From positions 1 to 61,011 of the forward strand of contig JALJPA010000003.1 in NCBI GenBank assembly GCA_022969215.1: a stretch of DNA of 61,011 nucleotides, written 5' to 3'. This DNA comes from Colwellia sp. Its GTDB lineage: Bacteria > Pseudomonadota > Gammaproteobacteria > Enterobacterales > Alteromonadaceae. The stretch's first letter is position 1. Each line of letters starts with the position of its first letter. This document shows, piece after piece, positions 31,336-40,624 of the stretch. The translations under genes were made by a program, and so were the position numbers. The notes under the pieces are model-generated. The model did no database searches. It was not told the origin of the DNA and saw only the letters and a program-made list of their open reading frames with translations.

Positions 31336-31417
31336 CTTTATGTTTTAATGGCGAATTACAACACTCTTAATTCAAGCGATTTATAGTTTAATTACACATT
31401 AAAAATGGAGCGTACTC

Positions 31418-32914
31418 ATCAAGAAATATTTTATTGTTATCGGTTTACTCTTTAACTTAATGTTTGTCCTAAGTGTTGTTTTTGTTTTTCGTCAGATATA
31501 TTCTTCAGGTTTATCATTACCACTTTTTAGTGAAAAAGCGCGAGAAAATATATCGGTAAATCAACCCAATTTATATAAAGTAGTAGCGCCGATACTAACT
31601 ACGTTGAGCTACTTTAAGGTTGAAAATCATTATTTTCGCCAAATTGAACTATCACAGTGGTCAGGGGTAGGTGCAAATAACAAATATTCAAGCAAGCTAA
31701 TTAACGATCAAATAGCCTTGTCAGGTATTAATCAAAAACTTAGGGTTTATAGTACATCTGAGCTTATTCAGGCTTTAAAAACGGTACAAGCAGGGCAAAC
31801 AATTATTCTTGCTCCGGGTGAGTACCATATCACTGCAAATCGGATAACAATTGGTCAAGGTGGTACTGCAGCTAAGCCTATTCACCTGACTGCGTTAGAG
31901 TTAGGATCGGTAAAAATATTCTTAAAAGGTGAAGGCTTTGTGGTAAATAAGCCTTTTTGGCAGTTCAGTAATTTGCACTTTATTGGTAATTGTAAGCGTC
32001 ATACACAATGCGAACATGCCTTTCATGTGGTTGGGCAAGGGCATCATACGGTTATCAAAAATAGTATTATGCAAGACTTTAACGCCATGATAAAAGTAAA
32101 TGGCGTTGGTGAGCATTACCCTGATTATGGCAAAGTTACTCAGAACACATTTTTTAATTCCACAGCAAGAAAAACGGCTAATCCAGTAACCCCTTTCGAC
32201 TTAATGCATGCTAATTATTGGCAAGTAAGTGATAACTTTATTTTTGATATTCAAAAATCGGCTGGCAATAAGGTGAGTTATGCAGCTTTTTTTAAAGGTG
32301 GCTCAGAGCACGGAATTTTCGAACGTAATTTAGTTATATGTGCAGCTAATTTACCGGATAAATACACCGCAATAGGTTTATCTTTAGGTGGCGGCGGCTC
32401 CGCCAAACGGCATAGACGTAATCAAAATAGCGCAGAGCATGTAGGTGGAGTTATTCGTAATAATATCATCATGCATTGCTCTAATGATGTTGGAATATAT
32501 CTTAATAGATCACGTGATAGTTTAATTGAGCATAATATTCTTTATAACACATTAGGTATTGATATTAGATATCCAGAAAGCGATGCTAAAGTGGTTAATA
32601 ACATTATTTCGGGTCGGATAAAAATTCGCGACAACGGGAAGCTATTTAAAAGTAAAAACCTTGTTGTTAGTCGGAATTTCATCACTGGGGAAGATAGCTT
32701 ATCAGATTATTTTGTTGCGCCAGATATTGGGGATTTCACCTTGAAAGGTGTATCAAACACTGACTTATCAATTAACTCCCCGGTTAAATCTACGGGCTCA
32801 ATAACGTTTGATTTTTGTGGTGCGACGCCAAATAATCTATACCTTGGCGCTTATGCAGCAATGAGATTTTGTCTGGAAAAGTTAAATATTAACAATAAGG
32901 CTAATGGTGAGTAG
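31418..32914 (+). CDS. Membrane-anchored right-handed beta-helix protein (chondroitinase B/pectin-lyase-like fold)
   Basis: ELIQALKTVQAGQTIILAPGEY cap motif; repeated xxNxx beta-helix turns (IRNNII, IEHNIL, VVNNII). Start is either ATG 31460 (track) or ATC 31418 behind a GGAG SD. Confidence 0.72.
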   Translation: MKKYFIVIGLLFNLMFVLSVVFVFRQIYSSGLSLPLFSEKARENISVNQPNLYKVVAPILTTLSYFKVENHYFRQIELSQWSGVGANNKYSSKLINDQIALSGINQKLRVYSTSELIQALKTVQAGQTIILAPGEYHITANRITIGQGGTAAKPIHLTALELGSVKIFLKGEGFVVNKPFWQFSNLHFIGNCKRHTQCEHAFHVVGQGHHTVIKNSIMQDFNAMIKVNGVGEHYPDYGKVTQNTFFNSTARKTANPVTPFDLMHANYWQVSDNFIFDIQKSAGNKVSYAAFFKGGSEHGIFERNLVICAANLPDKYTAIGLSLGGGGSAKRHRRNQNSAEHVGGVIRNNIIMHCSNDVGIYLNRSRDSLIEHNILYNTLGIDIRYPESDAKVVNNIISGRIKIRDNGKLFKSKNLVVSRNFITGEDSLSDYFVAPDIGDFTLKGVSNTDLSINSPVKSTGSITFDFCGATPNNLYLGAYAAMRFCLEKLNINNKANGE

Positions 32915-32919
32915 ACCCG

Positions 32920-34119
32920 ATGAAAGCATTCATTAAAAAAACTGTCACAAACTACTTATTTTTATCAGGTGTTTTAGTACACATATTAGTTATTGTTCTG
33001 TTTGTCGTTCAGCCTTTTCTGTTTTATAAATTAACGAGTAAAGTCACCAACTATTATTACGCATGGCAAAAAAAACAGGACTATCACGCCCTGACGCAAG
33101 GTAAAAAATATACATTAACAGATGAAATTAATAATGTATTTTATCCATGGCAAGCTGAGCCTCACAGTAAAGTAATGCTGCAAAATTTTGAAGTTAATGG
33201 CATTGGTTTTTCTGACATCTCTGCTGCAGTCTCTGCGTTGAGAACGGGTGATGAATTATTCATTGCCGCAGGAACCTATAATATACCACTCACCATTAGT
33301 CAAAATGATATTACTATTACCGGAATCGGACATGTTATTTTTCAACGTGGTGTTGCTGCAGGTAAAGGCTTTATTTTAAGCAAAGGCAATAACTTAACTA
33401 TTAATAATATAGAGTGCAGAGATATTGCTGTAAGAGACGGTAATGGTGCTTGTGTTCGTCACGAGGGTGTTAACTTAACCCTAAACCACGTTTTCTTTCA
33501 TAGGAGCCAAGAAGGAGTATTAGAAACATCGCGTCAAGCTGGTGTAATAAAAATAATTAATAGTCGTTTTGAGCGTTTAGGGTTTAATGGTCAGGCTCAT
33601 GGTATTTATACTAACAAAGCGTCGTTGTATATTGAGCAATCATTATTTATTGCCGCCAAAAGCCAAGGGCATGCCATTAAGGTCAGAGGGAAGAAATTAA
33701 CGATAGAGCAGAGTATTATCGTGTCACTTTCATCTGATGATAGCCGCTTAATTGATATGCCCAACGGTGGAGAGTTGTTAGTAGTTAACTCTTTGCTAGG
33801 TCAAGGACCTAACTCGGTTAATGGGCAAATGATAGGGTATGGCTTAGAAGGTATGTCGCATCAGCGCAATACGATAAACCTTATCGACAATGTTATATAT
33901 TTAGAGCGAATAGGTACAAATTATTTGTTAGCGTTACCTAAAGATAATAGTTTAATTACGCTCACTCAAAATAACAATATGATTATCGGAGAAGACAGTT
34001 CTCACTTTACAGATGCAACAAATACATACTTTAGTGATCGAGCCGAATTAGGTTTACCGTTGTACCCAAAGTTACCAAATAGTTTTTGTGATTCATGGCG
34101 TTATTGCCCGATAAATTAA
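32920..34119 (+). CDS. Membrane-anchored right-handed beta-helix protein
   Basis: N-terminal TM helix; ISAAVSALRTGDELFIAAGTY cap; DGNGACVRHEG, GQAHGIY, GHAIKVR, SRLIDMPNGG. Confidence 0.72.
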   Translation: MKAFIKKTVTNYLFLSGVLVHILVIVLFVVQPFLFYKLTSKVTNYYYAWQKKQDYHALTQGKKYTLTDEINNVFYPWQAEPHSKVMLQNFEVNGIGFSDISAAVSALRTGDELFIAAGTYNIPLTISQNDITITGIGHVIFQRGVAAGKGFILSKGNNLTINNIECRDIAVRDGNGACVRHEGVNLTLNHVFFHRSQEGVLETSRQAGVIKIINSRFERLGFNGQAHGIYTNKASLYIEQSLFIAAKSQGHAIKVRGKKLTIEQSIIVSLSSDDSRLIDMPNGGELLVVNSLLGQGPNSVNGQMIGYGLEGMSHQRNTINLIDNVIYLERIGTNYLLALPKDNSLITLTQNNNMIIGEDSSHFTDATNTYFSDRAELGLPLYPKLPNSFCDSWRYCPIN

Positions 34120-34303
34120 GCCTTCTTTGCTCTTGGGCAAACTATCTACTTCCAATTAACGTTACTGGTTTATCTTTTTATTTTAATAGATCCTGTTGAT
34201 GAACAATTTCCTTCTTTTGTTAAGGTTTACCTGCCTTAGTTATAGGAAATTATATAGCGATAGCTTATTATTAGGGTACTATAATCTCATCAACGGAATA
34301 CAT

Positions 34304-35719
34304 ATGAGTTCTGCTATTATCTACCCAGCAATTATGTGCGGCGGCAGCGGCACACGCCTTTGGCCTCTTTCTCGTGCACTTTTTCCTAAGCAATTTTTAC
34401 CTCTGGTTAATGATACTAGTATGTTACAGGATACGCTTTTACGCTTGCCTAACAATAGCAATGAGCCAGTATTTATTTGCAATGAAGAACATAGATTTTT
34501 AGTGGCAGAGCAAGTTAGGCAACTATCACAAAGCCAGGGCACTATTTTACTTGAACCGGAAGGACGAAATACCGCTCCTGCTGTTGCCTTAGCGGCAATT
34601 CATGCATTAGAAAAAGATAAAAATGCATTATTACTAGTGTTAGCTGCCGATCATGTTATTCAAGACACCGTCGCTTTTCATCAAGCCGTTGCGCAGGCCG
34701 CTATTGCAGCACAGCAAGGTAAATTAGTTACCTTTGGTATCGTGCCTACACATGCTGAAACTGGCTACGGCTATATTAAAAAGGGCGAAGAGCTAGAAAA
34801 ATCTACTTTTAAAGTGGCTAAATTTGTAGAAAAGCCAGACAAAATAACTGCTGAGAGCTATTTAGATTCAGGTGAATATTTATGGAATAGTGGCATGTTT
34901 CTATTTAAAGCATCACGTTACCTTGAAGAGCTGGCTAAATACCGCGCCGATATACTAAAAAAATGCCAACAAGCAATGACTGATGTTGAGCTAGATTTAG
35001 ACTTCTTACGCCCTAATAAGGATGCTTTTCTTGCTTGTGCCAGTGAATCCATTGATTATGCGGTGATGGAAAAAACTGATGCTGCCGTAGTTATTCCTCT
35101 TGACGCAGGATGGAGTGATGTCGGTTCTTATTCTGCTTTGTGGGAGGTTTGTCAGCAAGATGAAAATCAAAATGTCCTGAAAGGAGATATCATTGCCCAG
35201 GCCACCACGAACAGCTACATCCATAGTCAAAATAAACTGATTGCTACCATTGGTGTTGATAATTTGGTGATAATCGATACCCCTGATGCTGTGCTGGTTG
35301 CTAATAAAGATAAAGTGCAAGATGTGAAAAAAATTGTTGAGCAGCTAAAGTCTCAGCAACGCTCTGAAGCTGTATTACACCGAGAGGTTTATCGTCCTTG
35401 GGGTAAATATGACAGTGTTGATACCGGTGATCGTTTTCAAGTAAAACGTATTACGGTAAAACCTGGCGCTAAGTTATCAGTGCAAATGCATCATCATAGA
35501 GCTGAACATTGGATCATTGTTTCAGGCACTGCAAAAGTTACCATAGATGAAAAAACAGTGTTATTAACTGAGAACCAATCGGCGTATATCCCCGTTGGCG
35601 CAGTTCATGCCTTAGAAAACCCAGGGATACTGCCTTTAGAAATGATTGAAGTGCAATCTGGTAGCTACTTAGGTGAGGATGATATTGTTCGTTTTGAAGA
35701 CAAGTATGGTAGGGCGTAA
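34304..35719 (+). CDS. manC: Mannose-1-phosphate guanylyltransferase / mannose-6-phosphate isomerase
   Basis: [69 protein letters not shown]. Start moved to ATG 34304 (MSSAIIYP). Confidence 0.95.
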   Translation: MSSAIIYPAIMCGGSGTRLWPLSRALFPKQFLPLVNDTSMLQDTLLRLPNNSNEPVFICNEEHRFLVAEQVRQLSQSQGTILLEPEGRNTAPAVALAAIHALEKDKNALLLVLAADHVIQDTVAFHQAVAQAAIAAQQGKLVTFGIVPTHAETGYGYIKKGEELEKSTFKVAKFVEKPDKITAESYLDSGEYLWNSGMFLFKASRYLEELAKYRADILKKCQQAMTDVELDLDFLRPNKDAFLACASESIDYAVMEKTDAAVVIPLDAGWSDVGSYSALWEVCQQDENQNVLKGDIIAQATTNSYIHSQNKLIATIGVDNLVIIDTPDAVLVANKDKVQDVKKIVEQLKSQQRSEAVLHREVYRPWGKYDSVDTGDRFQVKRITVKPGAKLSVQMHHHRAEHWIIVSGTAKVTIDEKTVLLTENQSAYIPVGAVHALENPGILPLEMIEVQSGSYLGEDDIVRFEDKYGRA

Positions 35720-35898
35720 TTTCAATTTTTAGTAAGTAGATATTAAAATTAATATTGGGCTACTCTACTGGAAAGAAAGGACTAATGTTTTTAGCTAAAA
35801 GGCACGCCTGATACGCAGCTAATATATGGATTTTCAGTGCAAGCCGCAGGTATTCATTTCATTAGAGAAGCGTATTACTTTTCACCTATTTTGTTAGG

Positions 35899-36918
35899 TT
35901 ACCGACCACCTAATGCAATCGAGGATATACGAGGGAGAATTTTTTTGAAGTACCGAGCAAAAAATATTGACGTGAATACCATAATTGGAGGAGCCAACAA
36001 CCAGTAAACATAGTAAGGCATCTCTATTGGTATTTTTTTAAATATAAGCCATAGAATCAATATGATTGGTCCATGTGCAAGAAAAGTAAAAAAGCTGCTT
36101 TTTGAATTTTTATATAAAAACTCATATAGGGCTGTGTTTGTAATTAATGATATTGATGGCCAGACCAAAAAGGGTGATAATAATCGGAAAAACTCTCTAT
36201 TTTGTATATCAAATAATACAATCGCTATGCAGAAAGAGATAAATACGAAAAAAAGTAGCTTGGCATATTTATCTAAACAGGTTAAAGACCACTTTTGTGT
36301 AGCAGCTAACCCACCAGTATAAAAACTTACCAACATACTATTTCGCAGAACAAATGAGCTATCTAGATTAAAATAATAAACTACCAAAACGATAACCAAT
36401 CCTAAATATGGCAATCTTTTCAAAAAAAACCAAAATATAGGTGATAATAATGAAACTGCAAATAAATCTCTTAGAAAGTTAAGAGGGTAATTGGCAGGAG
36501 TTCCAAACAACCCCGTTAATGCATCTACCCAATTCAACAAATTAAACGGATAAAGCTCGGCTGAAAAGTCATGTGACAGAATGCCGTATTTCTGTGAGAG
36601 GTAAATGGCTATAACGATGGGGATATTCCATATAATGAGAGGAACCAATACCGATGTGATCTTTTTAGATAATAGCTGCAAAGGTTTTAAATGAAGATTA
36701 AATTGAAATATTAAAAACCCCGAAATCACCGTTAACACTGGAACGGTGGCTCTAAAAACACCATGTGAAAAGAATGCCTTTACATAGTCGAATACTGATG
36801 CGCCAAGTGTATTTAATGGTTGATATGGTGGTAAATGAAGTACAATGATACCGATAACCATTAAATATCGTGTAACCCAAATCCGTTTACTTATTTCTTT
36901 ATTCAAGTGCTTATCCAT
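35899..36918 (-). CDS. Acyltransferase family 3 membrane protein, ExoH (succinyltransferase)-like
   Basis: About 10 TM helices; R..MVIGIIVLH.PPY, VFRATVPVLTVISGFL, KK....LVP.IIWN, P.NYPLNFLRDL. ExoH resemblance is recalled, not searched. Confidence 0.75.
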   Translation of the reverse strand: MDKHLNKEISKRIWVTRYLMVIGIIVLHLPPYQPLNTLGASVFDYVKAFFSHGVFRATVPVLTVISGFLIFQFNLHLKPLQLLSKKITSVLVPLIIWNIPIVIAIYLSQKYGILSHDFSAELYPFNLLNWVDALTGLFGTPANYPLNFLRDLFAVSLLSPIFWFFLKRLPYLGLVIVLVVYYFNLDSSFVLRNSMLVSFYTGGLAATQKWSLTCLDKYAKLLFFVFISFCIAIVLFDIQNREFFRLLSPFLVWPSISLITNTALYEFLYKNSKSSFFTFLAHGPIILILWLIFKKIPIEMPYYVYWLLAPPIMVFTSIFFARYFKKILPRISSIALGGR

Positions 36919-37437
36919 AATTTATCGGTTATCTACTAACGGAGGTTTTATTTTCTTGATAAAAGGGTCGTGAAATTTAAATTACGCGATACTAACTTAT
37001 AGAATATTAGACCACTTTACTTTATCTACAATTTTTTTGTAAGTTTTACTACGGAGCTAAATGCGCTTGCAAGCTGATTTTTTTAGTGATTTTGCAATGG
37101 CTTTTCCGGTCAGTCTTTTACCAAAGTAAGATTGTTAGCATTACATCACCCAGCTCTTTATGGTAATTTGCGGGGCTCCAAAACTAGTGAGTTACACAAC
37201 TTCATTAAAAAAGCTACTGCACTCAAGGTGTGTTTTTATAGCTGAAAATTTTTACATTGACTATTATTAGTTAGCATATGTAGATAACTGACGTGATCTG
37301 GTGAAATTGGCATCGAGAGAAATTAATCTTATGAGTAAAGTGTTATAAAGCTGAAATTGAAATTATAAAAGGCATATTATGATCAAATTAATTCTTTTTG
37401 TACGCCCTGAAAGGGATTGGTGTATTTTGGATTTGTC

Positions 37438-37473
37438 GAAAAGTAATCACTTAAATATCTGTGATTACTTTTC
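37438..37473. terminator. Perfect 13-bp hairpin, probable terminator
   Basis: GAAAAGTAATCAC / GTGATTACTTTTC with a 10-nt loop; downstream of the minus-strand tag-like gene. Confidence 0.55.
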
Positions 37474-37480
37474 AATGTAA

Positions 37481-37513
37481 ACCTTCCCTAAGTGAATCTC
37501 ACTGTAGGAAGGT
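37481..37513 (-). terminator. Imperfect hairpin just downstream of the tag-like gene
   Basis: ACCTTCC...AGTGA atc TCACT...GGAAGGT, followed by TTT on the minus strand. Confidence 0.45.
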
Positions 37514-37528
37514 ACGGTTTATTGTTGT

Positions 37529-38257
37529 TTAGTCAACCTGCACATAATTATCACCACAAGAAAAAGCAATTAAACGACTAAGCTGGGTTAAGCTATAGCC
37601 ACTTTCACTTTGTAATTTATTAAAGTGTGCTTGTATCGCTGTTAAGCTTTTTTTACTTTGTAAACCACCATCAATGATCTGCTGTGCTCTTAAATAAGCT
37701 TCAACATCACTGCTTAAAATAAAGGTATCTTTACCTAATAAACGTAATGCATAAGGTCCGGTATTGCCGCCTAAACGTTGACCGTGCTTTTTCAGGTAAG
37801 CCCATAAACCAATAATATCTGTACTTGGCCAGTTGTTTATAAACTGAGCAAAACTAGTATTACTTTCAATGTGGTGATCGAACATCATTTGCGCATTGGC
37901 TTTAATGGTTTTTACTTTATTATAATTACGAATTATTTTTGGGTCGGCGGCTTTTCGTTCCAACATTTCTTCTGGCATCATAAGAATTTTTTCAATATTA
38001 AAATTGAAAAAATGCTCTTCAAAGTCAGGCCATTTATTTTCGACCACACGCCAGACAAAACCTGATTTGAAAATTTGTTTGGTAAAAGCCGCAAGAATAC
38101 GGTCATCACCTAGCTCAGTGATATTTTGTTGTGCAGCGGTATCGTCTAGTAACCGCTTACCAAGGATTTTTTTACCTAGCAATACTTCTAAAGCGGGTAC
38201 GCCACCTTTTCTTTGGGCAGCACGTTGGAATAGTGATTTAAATGATTCGTGAGTCAT
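37529..38257 (-). CDS. DNA-3-methyladenine glycosylase I family protein (Tag-like)
   Basis: IFKSGFVWRVVENKWPDFEEHF, IIRNYNKV..I..NA, RLGG.TG..ALRLLGKDTF. Confidence 0.8.
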   Translation of the reverse strand: MTHESFKSLFQRAAQRKGGVPALEVLLGKKILGKRLLDDTAAQQNITELGDDRILAAFTKQIFKSGFVWRVVENKWPDFEEHFFNFNIEKILMMPEEMLERKAADPKIIRNYNKVKTIKANAQMMFDHHIESNTSFAQFINNWPSTDIIGLWAYLKKHGQRLGGNTGPYALRLLGKDTFILSSDVEAYLRAQQIIDGGLQSKKSLTAIQAHFNKLQSESGYSLTQLSRLIAFSCGDNYVQVD

Positions 38258-38335
38258 AGTTTCTTAATTTGGATGGTTCTTTTGATCAGTTATATCATTC
38301 CTGCATTTACTGAGCGGGAAGCTAACCTTATGAAT

Positions 38336-38366
38336 GAGCCTTAGCCTATGGTCTAGGCTAAGGCTC
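38336..38366 (-). terminator. Perfect 13-bp hairpin downstream of prlC
   Basis: GAGCCTTAGCCTA tggtc TAGGCTAAGGCTC; weak U-tract. Confidence 0.55.
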
Positions 38367-38385
38367 TGTTAACACGAGAGGCTCG

Positions 38386-40437
38386 TTATGCTTCAATACC
38401 ACAATGGCGTAACAAAGCATCAATTTCAGGTGCACGGCCACGGAATTTTTGGAACAATTCACTCGGCTCTTCACTACCACCTTTTTCTAGGATATTGGTT
38501 AAAAATGACTGTCCGGTTTGCCCATTGAAGATGCCTTGCTCTTCAAATAAACTAAAGGCATCAGCTGATAATACCTCTGCCCATTTGTAGCTGTAATAAC
38601 CTGCAGAATAACCACCACCAAAGATATGGCTAAAACCATGTTGGAAACGATTAAATGCAGGTGCTTTCACTACTGAGTACTGAGTTCTAACGCTATCGAG
38701 AGTTTTTTGAATATGTTTTTCATTATTTGATGCTTTTGGATCAAAGCTTTCATGCATAGTAAAGTCGAAGATGCTGAATTCCAATTGACGTAACATTTGC
38801 ATGGCAGATTGAAAATTTTTGGCTGCCAGCATTTTATCTAACATTTCTTGCGGTAGTGGCTCGCCCGTTTCAAAATGGCCAGAAATAAAGGCTAACGCTT
38901 CTGGTTGCCAGCACCAGTTTTCTAAAAATTGACTAGGAAGTTCAACCGCATCCCAAGGTACGCCATTAATACAGGCAACACTGCTGGCATTAATTTGGCT
39001 TAACATATGGTGAATGCCATGGCCAAACTCATGGAATAAGGTCACTACTTCATCATGAGTAAATAATGCCGGATTATTGCCGACAGGGCCGTTAAAGTTA
39101 CAGGTTAAATAGGCAACGGGAAGTTGAATAGAACCATCAGACTTCTGACTACGACCAACACAAACATCCATCCAGGCGCCGCCACGTTTTTTCTCGCGGG
39201 CATAAAGGTCTAGATAAAAGCTGCCACGCTTTGCACCGGATTTATCAACTATGTCATAAAAATTAACATCATCATGCCAAACATCAACGTCTTCTCGTTG
39301 GGTAATCGAAAGACCGAATAATTTATGCACCACAGCAAACAAACCTGAGACTACTTTATCCTTTGGAAAATAAGGGCGTAATTGCTCATCTGAAATGGCA
39401 TAACGGCTTTGTTTTAATTTCTCACTGTAATAAGCCAAATCCCAAGCTTGTAGGTTTTCTTGCTTGAACTCACTATCAGCAAAGTCAGTTAGCTCTTTAA
39501 AATCTTGTTGCCCTTGGTGTTGTGATTTAATGGCTAAGTTTTCAAGAAACGCCATTACTTCAGCGGTATTATTGGCCATTTTAGTTGCTAATGAGTGCTG
39601 AGCATAGTTGTCAAAGTCGAGTAAATTGGCTAATTCATGCCTTAAGTTTAATAACTCATTCATAGTGTCACTGTTATCAAACTCATTGGCGTTAGGCCCT
39701 TGGTCTGATGCACGTGTAACAAAGGCGGTATAAAGCTGTTCACGTAAATTAGCATTATCGCAATACATCATTACCGGTAAGTAGCTTGGAATATCTAGGG
39801 TAAAGGTATAACCTGTTTTATCTTTATTATTGGCTAGCTCTTGGGCTGCAGCTAAGGCGCTGTCAGGTAAGCCAGTTAACTCATCTTTGTTTTCGATAGT
39901 GATACTAAAAGCATGGGTGGCATCGAGTACGTTATTGCTAAAGCTTGAGCTGAGCTCTGATAAACGCGTTTTAATTTCACCGTAACGCTTTTTATCTTCA
40001 TCATTTAGCGCAATGCCTGATAATTTAAAATCGCGTAGTGCATTGGTAATTACTTTTTGTTGGGCTACGTCGAGTTGTTCAAATTCATTGGCATTTTTAA
40101 TACTAAGGTAGGCTTGATATAAACCTTCGTGTTGACCAACATAAGTGCCGTATTCAGATAATATCGGTAAGCAAGATTCATAAGCATCACGTAATTCATC
40201 ACTACTAAGTACCGAGTTCATATGAGAAACCGGTGACCACAACTTTGATAACACATCATCAATGTCATCAATTGGCATAACTAAGTTCTGCCAAGTAAAC
40301 ACATCATTGTCAGCGAGAACTTGCTCAATAACTTTTTTACAATCACTAATGGCTTGTTCAACAGCAGGTTTTACATGCTCTGGTTTGATTTTGGAAAAGG
40401 CAGGAAGTTCACTCGATACTAATAATGGATTGCTCAT
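38386..40437 (-). CDS. prlC: Oligopeptidase A (M3 metallopeptidase)
   Basis: MSNPLL start, WSPVSHMNSV, KRGGAWM, TLFHEFGHGIHH (HExxH), WDAVELPSQFLENW, AGYYSYKWAEVLSAD. Confidence 0.96.
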   Translation of the reverse strand: MSNPLLVSSELPAFSKIKPEHVKPAVEQAISDCKKVIEQVLADNDVFTWQNLVMPIDDIDDVLSKLWSPVSHMNSVLSSDELRDAYESCLPILSEYGTYVGQHEGLYQAYLSIKNANEFEQLDVAQQKVITNALRDFKLSGIALNDEDKKRYGEIKTRLSELSSSFSNNVLDATHAFSITIENKDELTGLPDSALAAAQELANNKDKTGYTFTLDIPSYLPVMMYCDNANLREQLYTAFVTRASDQGPNANEFDNSDTMNELLNLRHELANLLDFDNYAQHSLATKMANNTAEVMAFLENLAIKSQHQGQQDFKELTDFADSEFKQENLQAWDLAYYSEKLKQSRYAISDEQLRPYFPKDKVVSGLFAVVHKLFGLSITQREDVDVWHDDVNFYDIVDKSGAKRGSFYLDLYAREKKRGGAWMDVCVGRSQKSDGSIQLPVAYLTCNFNGPVGNNPALFTHDEVVTLFHEFGHGIHHMLSQINASSVACINGVPWDAVELPSQFLENWCWQPEALAFISGHFETGEPLPQEMLDKMLAAKNFQSAMQMLRQLEFSIFDFTMHESFDPKASNNEKHIQKTLDSVRTQYSVVKAPAFNRFQHGFSHIFGGGYSAGYYSYKWAEVLSADAFSLFEEQGIFNGQTGQSFLTNILEKGGSEEPSELFQKFRGRAPEIDALLRHCGIEA

Positions 40438-40460
40438 AGGGTTACTTAAATAGCGTTATG

Positions 40461-40590
40461 AATTACTTATATGTAATGTTTAATGACCCTTATTTCAAGG
40501 TGTCAGACTAATAATAAAGTTAAGCATTTAGCTGGCTTATATCCTCTTTCTAAAATGGCACTTGAAATAAGGCCTTAGCGGGCACATATA
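40461..40590. promoter_or_regulatory. Back-to-back sigma32-like promoters for prlC and gor
   Basis: CTTGAAATAAGG on the minus strand (40488-40499) and the plus strand (40561-40572), each followed 11-13 nt later by ACATATA; resembles RpoH consensus CTTGAA-N13-17-CCCCATNT. Confidence 0.45.
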
Positions 40591-40624
40591 TTGAGTACAA
40601 ATAGATGAATATTTTGAGAGAATT

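Noticed and set aside
34196-34303. N-terminal extensions in the ORF track for manC (also MCP 42150, polA 52681, lipoprotein 45500, SLC13 58202)
   Set aside because: Longest-ORF artefacts; family-typical N-termini begin at downstream ATGs.
37399-37420. GTACGCCCTGAAAGGGATT resembling a reverse-complemented tRNA 3' end, att site or REP
   Set aside because: No TTCGAA T-loop, no cloverleaf, single copy, and no integrase or transposase nearby.
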